Origin: Escherichia phage REP2
Strand: one strand, 5' to 3'
Length of the DNA stretch: 64,000 nt
Sequence record: OQ174501.1
Positions 8,662 through 18,506 of this stretch are shown here, in pieces (the stretch's first letter is position 1; each line of letters opens with the position of its first letter). The position numbers and the translations under genes were made by a program. The notes under the pieces were generated by a model that was given only the letters and a program-made list of their open reading frames with translations, searched no databases and had not been told where the DNA came from.

Positions 8662-9990
8662 ATGCAACTGAATAATCGTGATTTAAAAAGTATCATTGAT
8701 AATGAAGCATTGGCTTATGCTATGTACACGGTTGAAAATCGTGCTATCCCAAATATGATTGATGGATTTAAGCCAGTTCAACGATTTGTTATTGCTCGAG
8801 CTCTTGATTTGGCACGAGGAAATAAAGATAAGTTTCACAAACTCGCTTCTATTGCAGGTGGTGTAGCAGACCTTGGATATCATCATGGTGAAAACTCTGC
8901 ACAAGACGCAGGTGCTTTGATGGCTAATACTTGGAATAATAACTTTCCTCTGTTAGATGGTCAAGGAAACTTTGGTTCTCGTACCGTTCAAAAAGCAGCG
9001 GCAAGTCGTTATATTTTTGCTCGTGTAAGTAAAAATTTCTATAGCGTATATAAAGATACTGAATATGCTCCGGTACATCAAGATAAAGAACACATTCCGC
9101 CTGCTTTCTATTTGCCTATTATTCCTACTGTTCTTCTTAATGGTGTTTCCGGTATTGCAACTGGTTATGCAACTTATATTCTTCCTCATAGTGTTTCTTC
9201 TGTCAAGAAAGCTGTATTGCAAGCTCTTCAAGGAAAGAAAGTAACTAAACCGAAGGTAGAATTTCCAGAATTTCGCGGTGAAGTCGTTGAAATTGACGGT
9301 CAATATGAAATTCGTGGAACGTACAAGTTTACTTCACGAACTCAAATGCATATCACTGAGATTCCGTATAAGTATGATCGTGAAACTTACGTGAGCAAAA
9401 TTTTAGACCCGCTTGAAGATAAAGGCTTTATTACGTGGGATGATGCTTGCGGTGAGCATGGGTTTGGCTTTAAAGTTAAATTCCGTAAAGAATACTCTTT
9501 GAGCGATAACGAAGAAGAACGCCATGCAAAAATTATGAAAGACTTCGGGTTGATTGAGCGTCGTTCCCAGAATATTACCGTCATTAATGAGAAAGGAAAG
9601 CTGCAAGTTTACGATAATGTAGTTGATTTAATCAAAGACTTCGTTGAAGTTCGTAAAACTTATGTCCAAAAACGAATTGATAACAAAATCAAAGAAACTG
9701 AATCAGCATTTCGTTTAGCCTTTGCCAAGGCGCATTTCATTAAGAAAGTAATTTCAGGTGAAATTGTTGTGCAGGGTAAAACTCGCAAAGAACTGACCGA
9801 AGAACTTTCTAAAATTGATATGTATTCTTCTTATGTTGATAAACTAGTCGGAATGAATATTTTTCATATGACTTCCGACGAAGCAAAGAAACTTGCTGAA
9901 GAAGCTAAAGCTAAGAAAGAAGAAAACGAATATTGGAAAACTACTGATGTAGTTACCGAATACACTAAAGATTTAGAGGAAATCAAATGA
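8662..9990 (+). CDS. 52: DNA topoisomerase II medium subunit (GyrA-like)
   Basis: 442 codons, same as T4 gp52; N-terminal region resembles the GyrA breakage-reunion domain. Confidence 0.9.
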   Translation: MQLNNRDLKSIIDNEALAYAMYTVENRAIPNMIDGFKPVQRFVIARALDLARGNKDKFHKLASIAGGVADLGYHHGENSAQDAGALMANTWNNNFPLLDGQGNFGSRTVQKAAASRYIFARVSKNFYSVYKDTEYAPVHQDKEHIPPAFYLPIIPTVLLNGVSGIATGYATYILPHSVSSVKKAVLQALQGKKVTKPKVEFPEFRGEVVEIDGQYEIRGTYKFTSRTQMHITEIPYKYDRETYVSKILDPLEDKGFITWDDACGEHGFGFKVKFRKEYSLSDNEEERHAKIMKDFGLIERRSQNITVINEKGKLQVYDNVVDLIKDFVEVRKTYVQKRIDNKIKETESAFRLAFAKAHFIKKVISGEIVVQGKTRKELTEELSKIDMYSSYVDKLVGMNIFHMTSDEAKKLAEEAKAKKEENEYWKTTDVVTEYTKDLEEIK

Positions 9991-10136
9991 GTCCATTCAT
10001 AGGTATTACAAGCGCTGCATTAGTATCTGGTGGCATTTTACTGGCGGGTTTAGGTGTTGTTCCTGCCGTAGCAGGAGGTCTTCTTGCGTTCGGAATTCAA
10101 CGTGTTATCATGATAGTTATCACAGTCATGCAGTAA
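9987..10136 (+). CDS. Small membrane protein (49 aa)
   Basis: ATGA overlap with the gene 52 stop; Gly/Ala-rich hydrophobic peptide; terminator follows. Confidence 0.35.
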   Translation: MSPFIGITSAALVSGGILLAGLGVVPAVAGGLLAFGIQRVIMIVITVMQ

Positions 10137-10141
10137 TTTTA

Positions 10142-10171
10142 GGGAGAGCCTCGGCTCTCCCTTTTTTATTT
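10142..10171 (+). terminator. Rho-independent terminator (GGGAGAGCC...GGCTCTCCC then TTTTTTATTTT)
   Basis: 8-9 bp GC-rich stem followed by a strong T-run. Confidence 0.85.
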
Positions 10172-10191
10172 TAAAATTTTTTCACAAAACG

Positions 10192-10221
10192 GTTTACAAC
10201 CAAAGCATACTGTGGTACTAT
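10192..10221 (+). promoter_or_regulatory. T4-type early promoter
   Basis: A-rich upstream, GTTTAC at 10192-10197, 18-nt spacer, TGgTACTAT at 10212-10221. Confidence 0.6.
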
Positions 10222-10225
10222 ACAA

Positions 10226-10248
10226 CTATCAAATAAATGAACTGAAAC
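10226..10248 (+). repeat. 23-nt leader repeat CTATCAAATAAATGAACTGAAAC, copy 1
   Basis: Identical to 10571-10593; both copies start just downstream of an early-promoter -10. Confidence 0.7.
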
Positions 10249-10270
10249 AAACAACCCGGAGATACAAAAA

Positions 10271-10498
10271 ATGAAATTTAAAATCGAAAACGAAATCGTT
10301 AAAGCTAAAAATGCTCTGACTGCTAACAAACTGGTTGTAGATGGTATTGAATATGATATCTGTGGAGTTCGTGAAGAAAAACCTGGTGTTCTGACTTTCT
10401 TCACAATGATTTTTAAATTTAAAGGTGACACAGAATTCAAACAGTTTGATTTTGCCCATGAAGACGAAATCGAAGTTCGTAATCTGAACATTAAGTAA
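10271..10498 (+). CDS. Hypothetical protein (75 aa)
   Basis: ORF with RBS GGAGA upstream. Confidence 0.5.
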   Translation: MKFKIENEIVKAKNALTANKLVVDGIEYDICGVREEKPGVLTFFTMIFKFKGDTEFKQFDFAHEDEIEVRNLNIK

Positions 10499-10536
10499 GT
10501 ACTTTATTAGAGCTCTTGAAAAAGAGTGCAAAAAAG

Positions 10537-10566
10537 TGTTTACTTCTGCTTTAAACATGATACTAT
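10537..10566 (+). promoter_or_regulatory. T4-type early promoter (motA)
   Basis: GTTTAC at 10537-10542, 18-nt spacer, TGaTACTAT at 10558-10566. Confidence 0.6.
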
Positions 10567-10570
10567 AGAC

Positions 10571-10593
10571 CTATCAAATAAATGAACTGAAAC
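10571..10593 (+). repeat. 23-nt leader repeat CTATCAAATAAATGAACTGAAAC, copy 2
   Basis: Identical to 10226-10248. Confidence 0.7.
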
Positions 10594-10603
10594 GGAGATT
10601 AAA

Positions 10604-11239
10604 ATGTCTAAAGTAACTTACATCATCAAAGCTTCTAACGATGTTCTGAATGAAAAAACTGCTGCGATTTTAATTACCATTGCTAAGAAAGATTTCATTA
10701 CAGCCGCAGAAGTTCGTGAGGTGCATCCAGATTTAGGTAATGCAGTAGTTAATAGTAATATTGGGGTATTGATTAAAAAAGGCCTGGTGGAGAAATCTGG
10801 TGATGGATTAATCATTACTGGTGAAGCTCAGGATATTATTTCAAATGCAGCAACTTTATACGCACAGGAAAACGCTCCGGAACTGCTGAAAAAACGAGCA
10901 ACTCGTAAAGCTCGCGAAATTACTTCTGATATGGAAGAAGATAAAGACTTCATGTTAAAACTTTTAGATGAAAATGGATTTGTTCTTAAAAAGGTTGAAA
11001 CTTACCGCAGTAACTATCTCGCTATTTTAGAAAAACGCACTCACGGAATTCGTAATTTTGAAATTAACAACAATGGAAATATGCGAATTTTTGGATACAA
11101 AATGATGGAACATCATATTCAGAAATTTACTGATATCGGAATGTCATGTAAAATCGCTAAAAACGGTAATGTGTATCTTGACATTAAACGCTCGGTAGAA
11201 AACATTGAAGCTGTAATCACTGTAGCATCTGAACTGTGA
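10604..11239 (+). CDS. motA: Middle-transcription activator MotA
   Basis: 211 codons, same as T4 MotA; translation MSKVTYIIKASNDVLNEKTAAILITIAKKDF... matches as recalled. Confidence 0.9.
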   Translation: MSKVTYIIKASNDVLNEKTAAILITIAKKDFITAAEVREVHPDLGNAVVNSNIGVLIKKGLVEKSGDGLIITGEAQDIISNAATLYAQENAPELLKKRATRKAREITSDMEEDKDFMLKLLDENGFVLKKVETYRSNYLAILEKRTHGIRNFEINNNGNMRIFGYKMMEHHIQKFTDIGMSCKIAKNGNVYLDIKRSVENIEAVITVASEL

Positions 11240-11249
11240 GGAATAAATA

Positions 11250-11579
11250 ATGAACAAGTTAGAAATTGTCAATGAACTTCGTCGTTGTGCAGAACCCACT
11301 CAAGAGGGGTGGGACATCTGGTACCATGGAGCTTATCTTGGAACTATCGTAAAGATTAAGACTGGTAAATACATGATTATTCGTGAAAGTAAAGATGCTC
11401 CAGTAGGTATTCGCAATAATTTTATGGCAGCGATAAGTTCATTTACGGATGCAGCTTACGAAATTTACCTTGCTGATTATAAAGAATTCCAGGAATCTCA
11501 ACCAGTTATTCGTTCAATTGGTGTTAACAAAGCTCAACAGAAAACTTTGTGGCAGCGTATTAAAGGATGGTTTAAATGA
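11250..11579 (+). CDS. Hypothetical protein (109 aa)
   Basis: ORF with RBS GAGGAATAA. Confidence 0.5.
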   Translation: MNKLEIVNELRRCAEPTQEGWDIWYHGAYLGTIVKIKTGKYMIIRESKDAPVGIRNNFMAAISSFTDAAYEIYLADYKEFQESQPVIRSIGVNKAQQKTLWQRIKGWFK

Positions 11580-12040
11580 AAACATTTGAAGAAAGACTTG
11601 AAATGCTAAACGTTGCATTATCTCGTGAGACTCCAGAGAGTTTAGCCGAAAAATTTAAATCAGCAGGTTATACTAATTATACGGAAGAAGATGTTCTGAA
11701 AGAAGTTCCTGAAATCTGTTGGCAGCCTGCATACTGGGATGAAAACCAAAAGTATCAACGACGAATTGTATGTGCTGCTAATCGGTTTAAATTAAAGGAT
11801 GGTGGAACTCTTGTTATTCCTGGTGCTCGTCATTATTCTAAAGATATGGCAGCAGTTTTAGATGTAGTTAAACCTCAATTAGTTACTCAACAAGTTTGTG
11901 ATGATGACCAAGGGTTTATTGACCAATATAGTAATTATTGGACACGTGAAGAAGCAATGATTATTGCAACTTACGCTGGACAAGTACGTATTGAACGTGG
12001 TGGTAGTGAAAAAGAACTTTACTCTGAGGACCTTTACTAA
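11576..12040 (+). CDS. Hypothetical protein (154 aa)
   Basis: ORF overlapping neighbours by 4 nt. Confidence 0.5.
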   Translation: MKTFEERLEMLNVALSRETPESLAEKFKSAGYTNYTEEDVLKEVPEICWQPAYWDENQKYQRRIVCAANRFKLKDGGTLVIPGARHYSKDMAAVLDVVKPQLVTQQVCDDDQGFIDQYSNYWTREEAMIIATYAGQVRIERGGSEKELYSEDLY

Positions 12041-12336
12041 TGAATATTAAAAAGTTTCAAATTGATGGAATTATGAATCAAATCCAGGCGCTGGAATATG
12101 CCAATAAAATGATGTCAACTAATTGGGGAATTTATACCAATGAACCGGGATTTAAATTCTGTGATATGGAATTAACTAAAAAGCTCGTAGGAAAAGATTA
12201 TGTATGTCCATTTAGTTCTCCAGTAAATGGAATGTTAAAACCTGCTTTACGCGATCTTTATATTGCGATGAACGAAGAAATGATAAAAGAATTAAAACGT
12301 CAACTGAAGGTGATTCAATTTGGCCAGGGAAATTAA
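12040..12336 (+). CDS. Hypothetical protein (98 aa)
   Basis: ORF starting at an overlapping TAATG. Confidence 0.5.
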   Translation: MNIKKFQIDGIMNQIQALEYANKMMSTNWGIYTNEPGFKFCDMELTKKLVGKDYVCPFSSPVNGMLKPALRDLYIAMNEEMIKELKRQLKVIQFGQGN

Positions 12337-12538
12337 TTCAAAATCTGACTATTTTAATTCTCTCAATGATAAAGATAAAAATCTAATACGGCATTTTATT
12401 GTTGAGATGGGATATATTGATACACGTGATTTAAGAGAACATATATTTGAATGTGGTGTAGCTAAAAAGTTTTCATTCACATGCAAATGTTTGAGAGAGG
12501 TAATTCAGCACTATGAACAATTTAGTCGCAAAACATAA
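12320..12538 (+). CDS. Hypothetical protein (72 aa)
   Basis: ORF overlapping the previous one by 17 nt. Confidence 0.4.
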   Translation: MAREINSKSDYFNSLNDKDKNLIRHFIVEMGYIDTRDLREHIFECGVAKKFSFTCKCLREVIQHYEQFSRKT

Positions 12539-12621
12539 TTTTAATAAAGCTTCTGTTCATAAGGATAAGAAGAAAGCGTTTAAAGAATCTAATCGCAAAC
12601 AGAAACATAAGGGGAAGGTCT

Positions 12622-12900
12622 ATGATTATTGATTCTCAATCTGTGGTTCAATACACAATCAAAATTGATATTCTAGAAAAGCTATATAAGTTTCTACCAA
12701 ATTTATACCACTCAATTGTTAATGAATTAATTGAAGAACTACATCTTGAGAATAATGATTTCTTGATTGGAACTTATAAAGACCTCTCAAAAGCAGGATA
12801 TTTTTACGTAATTCCAGCTCCAGGAAAAAGTATTGATGATGTATTAAAAACTATAATGATTTATGTCCATGATTATGAAATTGAAGATTATTTCGAATGA
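12622..12900 (+). CDS. arn: Anti-restriction nuclease Arn (McrBC inhibitor)
   Basis: 92 codons; translation MIIDSQSVVQYTIKIDILEKLYKF... matches T4 Arn as recalled; position between motA and asiA. Confidence 0.8.
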   Translation: MIIDSQSVVQYTIKIDILEKLYKFLPNLYHSIVNELIEELHLENNDFLIGTYKDLSKAGYFYVIPAPGKSIDDVLKTIMIYVHDYEIEDYFE

Positions 12901-13049
12901 GTCATAATCTTGAAAAAGTAATCGAGCATAATGTAGCTCAGGAACGCGAGTCGTTCAAGGAATTCGTAGAAAAAATTTTTGAAGAAAATAACACAGACCA
13001 GTTTACAAATCAAGCGTCTGATGATATTATAATAAAGTCAACTAATTGA
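12897..13049 (+). CDS. Small acidic hypothetical protein (50 aa)
   Basis: ATGA overlap with the arn stop; not in the ORF track (under 60 aa). Confidence 0.3.
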   Translation: MSHNLEKVIEHNVAQERESFKEFVEKIFEENNTDQFTNQASDDIIIKSTN

Positions 13050-13061
13050 GTGGTATAGTTA

Positions 13062-13334
13062 ATGAATAAAAACATTGATACAGTTCGTGAAATTATTACT
13101 GTTGCGTCTATTTTGATTAAATTTTCCAGAGAAGATATTGTTGAAAATCGTGCTAATTTTATTGCATTTCTGAATGAGATTGGAGTAACGCATGAAGGTA
13201 GAAAGTTAAATCAGAATTCATTCCGTAAAATTGTTTCTGAATTAACCCAAGAAGATAAGAAAACCCTCATCGACGAATTCAACGAGGGTTTTGAGGGTGT
13301 ATATCGATATCTAGAGATGTATACAAACAAATAA
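13062..13334 (+). CDS. asiA: Anti-sigma-70 factor AsiA
   Basis: 90 codons; translation MNKNIDTVREIITVASILIKFSREDIVENRANFIAFLNEIGVTHEGRKLNQNSF... matches T4 AsiA as recalled. Confidence 0.9.
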   Translation: MNKNIDTVREIITVASILIKFSREDIVENRANFIAFLNEIGVTHEGRKLNQNSFRKIVSELTQEDKKTLIDEFNEGFEGVYRYLEMYTNK

Positions 13335-13991
13335 TTATTTAGCCCTTCCTAATATTCTGGCCGCCTGAGAACATATTGATTCAAGGCGGTCATTACTTAT
13401 ATGATCATTTCTATACCAGTACATGGTTATTGTTCCAGCATAGATATTATCCAAATTGAAATATGGACAACTGTACATGTAATTTATTTCGGGAGTAGGC
13501 TTTTTAGTTGGTAAAAAAGCAAATTTTGAGTCGGAATAATAATGACGTCCATTTAAATGAACTGCATATTCATCCATAGTTTTATCAACAGGATATCCTC
13601 CAAGTGATTTTTCGCTTATTGTTGAAGGTAATTTTCCTTCGTATGCTATAATATCAACAAAATAGTTTAAGTTTTTAGGGCGGAAAGAATATACCGCACT
13701 AAAGTCTGCCTCAGATGATATATGAACTATCTGGAGTTGTTCCAGGGCGACAGATTCAAAGCGTGCATTTCTTTCCTTTTCAATAATTTCGCTGTATGTT
13801 TCATACTTTGATTGCTTATAGTACTCAAAGAAACTATCTCCCCTATACCAAACAATCGCCATTATAAACAAAAGAATTACGACAGCTACCCGGGAAGCAA
13901 GAACTTTCCCGGTAGCATTATCTTTGAACAAGCGATCTAGAACACCAAATAGAATATCAGAGGGCGAAAATGATATTCTAGGTGCTGCCAT
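13335..13991 (-). CDS. t: Holin T
   Basis: 218 codons, same as T4 holin; N-terminal cytoplasmic segment, one transmembrane helix (VAVVILLFIMAIVWY), large periplasmic domain; RBS AGGAGGG. Confidence 0.85.
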   Translation of the reverse strand: MAAPRISFSPSDILFGVLDRLFKDNATGKVLASRVAVVILLFIMAIVWYRGDSFFEYYKQSKYETYSEIIEKERNARFESVALEQLQIVHISSEADFSAVYSFRPKNLNYFVDIIAYEGKLPSTISEKSLGGYPVDKTMDEYAVHLNGRHYYSDSKFAFLPTKKPTPEINYMYSCPYFNLDNIYAGTITMYWYRNDHISNDRLESICSQAARILGRAK

Positions 13992-14021
13992 AGACCCTCC
14001 TTTTAAGGGTATTTATTCACA

Positions 14022-14804
14022 TTATACTCTTGGACCATATATTGCTCCAACATTTTGCCATGTTGGAGCGGACCCTATGACAGCATAACCAGCAGCACCG
14101 CCATCATATTCAGATCCTTGACCGCGAATATTGCATCTACCTCCCGCGGAACCTACTTCACCACCGTTTCCGCCATTATAGATACCATTCACGGATCCTG
14201 AGCCAGGTGCAGAAATAGTACCACCAGTCGCGCCTGATTGCATATCAATAGATCCGCCTGGCGCACCAAAAGGACGACCGCCACCGCCGCCAAAGGTCAA
14301 TCTCATTTGTGAAAAAGGAGAATAATATCCGCCGCCACCGCCACCGCCGCCGCCTGCAATAGCTCCGCCATTATTAATTCTTAGTCTCCCACCAATATCG
14401 TTTTGAATACAATGACCCCCAGCTGAGCCAGGACTATTGCTACCACCATTACCTCCACGACCATACATCGTTACGCCATGTATATTTAACTGAACATATT
14501 CATTTGGTGTATCTCCGTACATGAAGAATAAAGGAACATCTTTAGAATATGATACTAAATCACCTGTAATATTAAACACTATAGGTGCACTACCGGCCTC
14601 AAAACATCTATCTCGGAACCATTGACCATTGAAGTTATGGTCTGCTCCAAGTGTATGAATAATTTCTCGTGAGCGACCTGCAAATTGACTCATCCAGCAA
14701 GGAACACCCAATCTTAATTGACCAGCCGCTTGACTCATCCATCGTTGCCCTGTTTCATTTGCGGCTGAACTTCCAATCCAACCAGGAACACCAACTACTG
14801 CCAT
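14022..14804 (-). CDS. 38: T2-type receptor-recognising adhesin gp38 with glycine-rich motifs
   Basis: 260 codons with poly-Gly runs ([24 protein letters not shown]) separating variable segments, as in T2/K3/Ox2-type gp38; immediately downstream of gene 37. Confidence 0.8.
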   Translation of the reverse strand: MAVVGVPGWIGSSAANETGQRWMSQAAGQLRLGVPCWMSQFAGRSREIIHTLGADHNFNGQWFRDRCFEAGSAPIVFNITGDLVSYSKDVPLFFMYGDTPNEYVQLNIHGVTMYGRGGNGGSNSPGSAGGHCIQNDIGGRLRINNGGAIAGGGGGGGGGYYSPFSQMRLTFGGGGGRPFGAPGGSIDMQSGATGGTISAPGSGSVNGIYNGGNGGEVGSAGGRCNIRGQGSEYDGGAAGYAVIGSAPTWQNVGAIYGPRV

Positions 14805-14816
14805 AATTTATCTCCA

Positions 14817-14835
14817 AAGGGGGCGTTGCCCCCTT
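14817..14835 (-). other. Intercistronic hairpin AAGGGGGC-GTT-GCCCCCTT between genes 37 and 38
   Basis: Perfect 8-bp palindrome with 3-nt loop, directly upstream of the gene 38 SD (GGAG) on the minus strand. Confidence 0.55.
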
Positions 14836-14839
14836 GTTG

Positions 14840-17785
14840 TTAGAATTTAAAATATTTACTAATTTTGCGAGCAATTTTAGTAAAGAAAGGAGTTTTCAAT
14901 TCTTTAATTTCTTCACTCATTTCCTGAATAGCCTTAATTAAAAGAGCATTCACAGCAGAGTTAGAAATTGTCAGAACATCAGATCCATCAACTTCAACTT
15001 TAGATACAGCTTCCGGTAATTCCTTTTCAAGGTCCTGAGCAATAATACCAACTTCACGTTTAATAACGCTACGGTCTTTAATAGACTTAACTTTATCGTA
15101 AATATAAACTTTCAGTCGGCATACTTTTTCGACTGCTCCATATTCTAATTCTTCTTTATTAATCTTGAGACGGGAGTCAGAACGAATATACACATCGCTA
15201 AAGCTACCATTTCCTGGTGTATAAAAGAATCCATCATGATGGAATTCAAACACAGCTTGTGGGTGTCCAGCATCAGGAGAAGCCTCCGTGGATCCGACAC
15301 GAATGATTGCTTGCCCCCACTGTGATGGAATACGACGCATACCAAAGTCAACAGCGGTGCTATATCCTTGATTGGTTATAACGCTTCTTGCTTTAAGAAT
15401 AGGATAATAACAATCCTGTGAAACATAACCATGATCAACGAATAATGGAGCTTCTACTCGCCATTGGTTGCCCCAATCACCCGGTTGTCTAGCAATCCAT
15501 CCAGAACCGTTAATGTGTACACGGTCGCGGTTAACGTTAACCATTGCGGTATTTTGCGGGTTTAACGCAATCTCACCATTGTTTGTGATATGTACTGCCG
15601 CCTGAGAAGCATAGCTATAAAATGCTAGCGAATTATCAGCACCACCCTTGCCAATATACCAGTTACCAGTCCCGTCTATGTCACCGCGAATATGCAAAGA
15701 ATTACTAGCAGTTGTTGATAATACAATAGAATCATTAGGTGCATTGATTGTTAACCGACCTGTCATCGTATCACCGCCTTTACCTACGCGAGTATTCAAG
15801 GCAGCATCTAAATTTGTCGCATTGTTATATTTCTTCCAGATTGAACCGGCAATATTACCATCTGTATTAAGGAACGCATCACCGACATATACACGTCCTG
15901 GAGATTTAAAATAACCTGACGGCATGAAAGTCCATTGTTTTAACCCATCTGCTGTTCCATTAGCGGATAAATCACCCTGAGCAATGATCTTATATTCGGA
16001 TGTACCTATAGCCATACCAGTGGCAAAGGTGATATTACTTACAGTATTTTTCTGTTTAACAATTGGCGCAAACTGGTTTTTATTTGAATCGTCAATAGCC
16101 TGATATAATGGCGCAATGGTAGTATTCTGATTTGCGTAAGTATTAGAACCAGAACCGCTAGCAGGGGCTTGAATATATGCTCCTGGAGCAAGTGAAATTT
16201 TCTGATTAGCACCAAGATTAACAGCAGCAGTGATATTCAGCAATCCCCTAAAGTTTTGTTGAGCAGTCCAAGTATGTGATCCGTCTTCAAGAACAACACG
16301 GCGACAAGTATTAGTCCTACTTCCTGGATTACCAGCGATACGAACAACGAAATAACGGTAGTTTGTCTGGGATACAGTACCGCGCCAAACCTGAACAGTA
16401 CGCCCTGTGCCAGTGTGTTCGCTAGGACCAACGGAAAACATAACCAAGTTTCCGTCAATCGTCCCCCAATCCATATTTGCTGGCATGTTCTTTATTTTGT
16501 TCAAAGGAACGCTAAACATACTACCAGGAACAAAATCAAAGGTTTGCCAATCTAACTCCGCTAATTGAGCTTTAATACCACCCATACCCAAAGTAATTGG
16601 CAGAGAGTAAGATGTATATACTTCGTTCCATGCACCCCACGCACCACCAGTATATGCACGCTCAAAAATACGTCCGCGAGTAGTTGCGCCTGTTCCGGCA
16701 GTAGTAAATTTTTGGAAAATAGCACCACCAGAAGCACGCTGTTTAACTTCCAGCAAACCAACAATAACAGGCGGCAAACCTTCACCTGTAGGGCAGTTAA
16801 TAACGGCATCGGTGCCTAAAATATTATATAACCCAGGAGTTTTAAAATCATTAAGGTCACCATCATAGAAAGTCGCTGGTGTGCCATGACCAACCTGCTT
16901 CCATTCCTCCCACTTAGGTGCACTAGCATCCCATGCAGCAGCGAGACAACGAGTATAAACCATACCCATGCGGGTAGTATAACGCTGAGTTCTCGTGTAT
17001 AAACCACCTTCAAATATTTCTAAAAATCCTTGTGCGGCTGATCCTTCTTCTGGATAATGGCGATCAAATGATGCGATTGCGCTTGAACTGTTTCGCCATA
17101 AGCCACAATGTTCTAATTCTCCCAAGCTATCAAGGTCAATCGTTTGTGAAAGTGGACGAGTTGACGCTTGAACATTACGCCACACACCCCATGGACCATC
17201 GACGCCATTCCATTTAGCAGATAAGGAACGAATATAGACGTTACCAGATCTTACAGTATAACGCTGAGTGCCAGCAAATTGGCCGGCCACAAACACTTCT
17301 AGTACACCTACGGCATTTTCTTCTGGGAATTTATTTGCTGGTTGCGCATTTGTTGAAGTAGATTTCGACCAAACACCAAGATATTCTTCAATGGGCCCAT
17401 ACGTATCTAAATTAGCATCAGTAGGTAATTCGCCATTATTTTTTATAAATGTTGTGCTATTGACATTTATGTCAGATGGAGTTAAGGTAATGTCTTTTGA
17501 CCCATCAAAAGATATACCATTAATTTTCCTAGGTGTTTGCAATTTAGTAGCTGTGCTAGAATTTCCAATTAAAGTTCCAGTTATATTTTCTGTAACCTCT
17601 AAAGACCCATTTATAGTTCCTCCATATTTTAAACCTAATTCTATAACACTACCTGAGTCATCTTTTGTGAAAATTGTTTTATCTTTTAAGTTTATAGCCA
17701 ATTCACCTTCGGCTAATACTGAAGCAGCAGGACGTTGACCTGCAGTTTTGCTTCTTTTAAATTGTATTTGTTTTAAAGTAGCCAT
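14840..17785 (-). CDS. 37: Long tail fibre distal subunit gp37 with C-terminal intramolecular-chaperone-like domain
   Basis: 981 codons between genes 36 and 38; C-terminal ~115 residues carry a ...[18 protein letters not shown]... motif resembling the autocleavage region of S74-type intramolecular chaperone domains. Confidence 0.85.
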   Translation of the reverse strand: MATLKQIQFKRSKTAGQRPAASVLAEGELAINLKDKTIFTKDDSGSVIELGLKYGGTINGSLEVTENITGTLIGNSSTATKLQTPRKINGISFDGSKDITLTPSDINVNSTTFIKNNGELPTDANLDTYGPIEEYLGVWSKSTSTNAQPANKFPEENAVGVLEVFVAGQFAGTQRYTVRSGNVYIRSLSAKWNGVDGPWGVWRNVQASTRPLSQTIDLDSLGELEHCGLWRNSSSAIASFDRHYPEEGSAAQGFLEIFEGGLYTRTQRYTTRMGMVYTRCLAAAWDASAPKWEEWKQVGHGTPATFYDGDLNDFKTPGLYNILGTDAVINCPTGEGLPPVIVGLLEVKQRASGGAIFQKFTTAGTGATTRGRIFERAYTGGAWGAWNEVYTSYSLPITLGMGGIKAQLAELDWQTFDFVPGSMFSVPLNKIKNMPANMDWGTIDGNLVMFSVGPSEHTGTGRTVQVWRGTVSQTNYRYFVVRIAGNPGSRTNTCRRVVLEDGSHTWTAQQNFRGLLNITAAVNLGANQKISLAPGAYIQAPASGSGSNTYANQNTTIAPLYQAIDDSNKNQFAPIVKQKNTVSNITFATGMAIGTSEYKIIAQGDLSANGTADGLKQWTFMPSGYFKSPGRVYVGDAFLNTDGNIAGSIWKKYNNATNLDAALNTRVGKGGDTMTGRLTINAPNDSIVLSTTASNSLHIRGDIDGTGNWYIGKGGADNSLAFYSYASQAAVHITNNGEIALNPQNTAMVNVNRDRVHINGSGWIARQPGDWGNQWRVEAPLFVDHGYVSQDCYYPILKARSVITNQGYSTAVDFGMRRIPSQWGQAIIRVGSTEASPDAGHPQAVFEFHHDGFFYTPGNGSFSDVYIRSDSRLKINKEELEYGAVEKVCRLKVYIYDKVKSIKDRSVIKREVGIIAQDLEKELPEAVSKVEVDGSDVLTISNSAVNALLIKAIQEMSEEIKELKTPFFTKIARKISKYFKF

Positions 17786-17793
17786 AAGTCCTC

Positions 17794-18444
17794 TTAATAA
17801 TAGCCGAAATCTTGAACAGAATCCTTAATTACGATTTGGTCAAATCGTGGAACGTGTGAAGGTTGAGATGCAGGATTCTGTGAAAAAAGGTTTGGCGCAG
17901 TTAAATTTCCTGTCATAGTGTCTCCAGAGCGTAATACCCTAGAGTTTGCATTTGTTGTAACAGTATTTATTGCTCCATCAACATAATCTTTACGAGTAAC
18001 ATCAGATGCTGCGGAAGGAGTAGATGTAACAGTTACAGATGGAGCCGTTACAGCCCTGGTAAATGTTGTCAAACCTTCTGGTGTAATAGTAATTTGTCCA
18101 GTAGTGATTTCACTACCTGCAGGTCTAAAACTAATACCGCCGGAAGAGCCACCAACTACAAGAGTATTACCGGTACCGCCACCAGAACGAATTCGAATGG
18201 GGGTTTCATTATTACTTAATTGAAGATAACTATTTACCCCGTAATTAATAGTAATTGGACCGGTGTAAGTACCACCATTAGCTTTAGAAACGAAATCGTT
18301 ATCAGCTGCCTGCGGTTTATTATATTCTGAATATATTTTAAATGATTTGTAGAGTACATCGTCACCGGCTGAATTCAATGGAAAATTTCCTTGATGCCAA
18401 ATGACAGATCCACCTACAGTTGAACCTACTTTTAAATCAGCCAT
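17794..18444 (-). CDS. 36: Long tail fibre hinge protein gp36
   Basis: 216 codons (T4 gp36 about 221); position between 35 and 37. Confidence 0.85.
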   Translation of the reverse strand: MADLKVGSTVGGSVIWHQGNFPLNSAGDDVLYKSFKIYSEYNKPQAADNDFVSKANGGTYTGPITINYGVNSYLQLSNNETPIRIRSGGGTGNTLVVGGSSGGISFRPAGSEITTGQITITPEGLTTFTRAVTAPSVTVTSTPSAASDVTRKDYVDGAINTVTTNANSRVLRSGDTMTGNLTAPNLFSQNPASQPSHVPRFDQIVIKDSVQDFGYY

Positions 18445-18467
18445 TATATGCCCCTTTATTTTAATAT

Positions 18468-18475
18468 TATTTATA
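18468..18475 (-). promoter_or_regulatory. Late promoter TATAAATA (gene 36)
   Basis: Exact TATAAATA on the minus strand, about 24 nt upstream of the gene 36 start. Confidence 0.6.
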
Positions 18476-18482
18476 AAGAAAA

Positions 18483-18502
18483 AGGGAACCCGAAGGCTCC
18501 CT
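18483..18502 (-). other. UUCG-tetraloop hairpin between genes 35 and 36
   Basis: Minus-strand RNA AGGGAGCC-UUCG-GGUUCCCU forms an 8-bp stem with one G-U pair. Confidence 0.5.
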
Positions 18503-18506
18503 CAGT

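Noticed and set aside
13992-14021. Late promoter for holin t (GAATAAATA on the minus strand)
   Set aside because: One mismatch to TATAAATA; holin may instead be transcribed from upstream late promoters or from a variant promoter; not called as a feature.
14330-14360. GGN repeat tract in gene 38 as a slipped-strand phase-variation switch
   Set aside because: The tract is a mix of GGC, GGT and GGA codons rather than a homopolymer or perfect short tandem repeat, so frameshifting slippage is unlikely; it is better explained as glycine-rich motif coding.
15145-17738. Plus- and minus-strand ORFs inside gene 37 (for example 15648-15914, 16565-16819, 17268-17738, 16237-16458)
   Set aside because: Embedded in the gp37 coding region in other frames or antisense; typical chance ORFs in a long gene.
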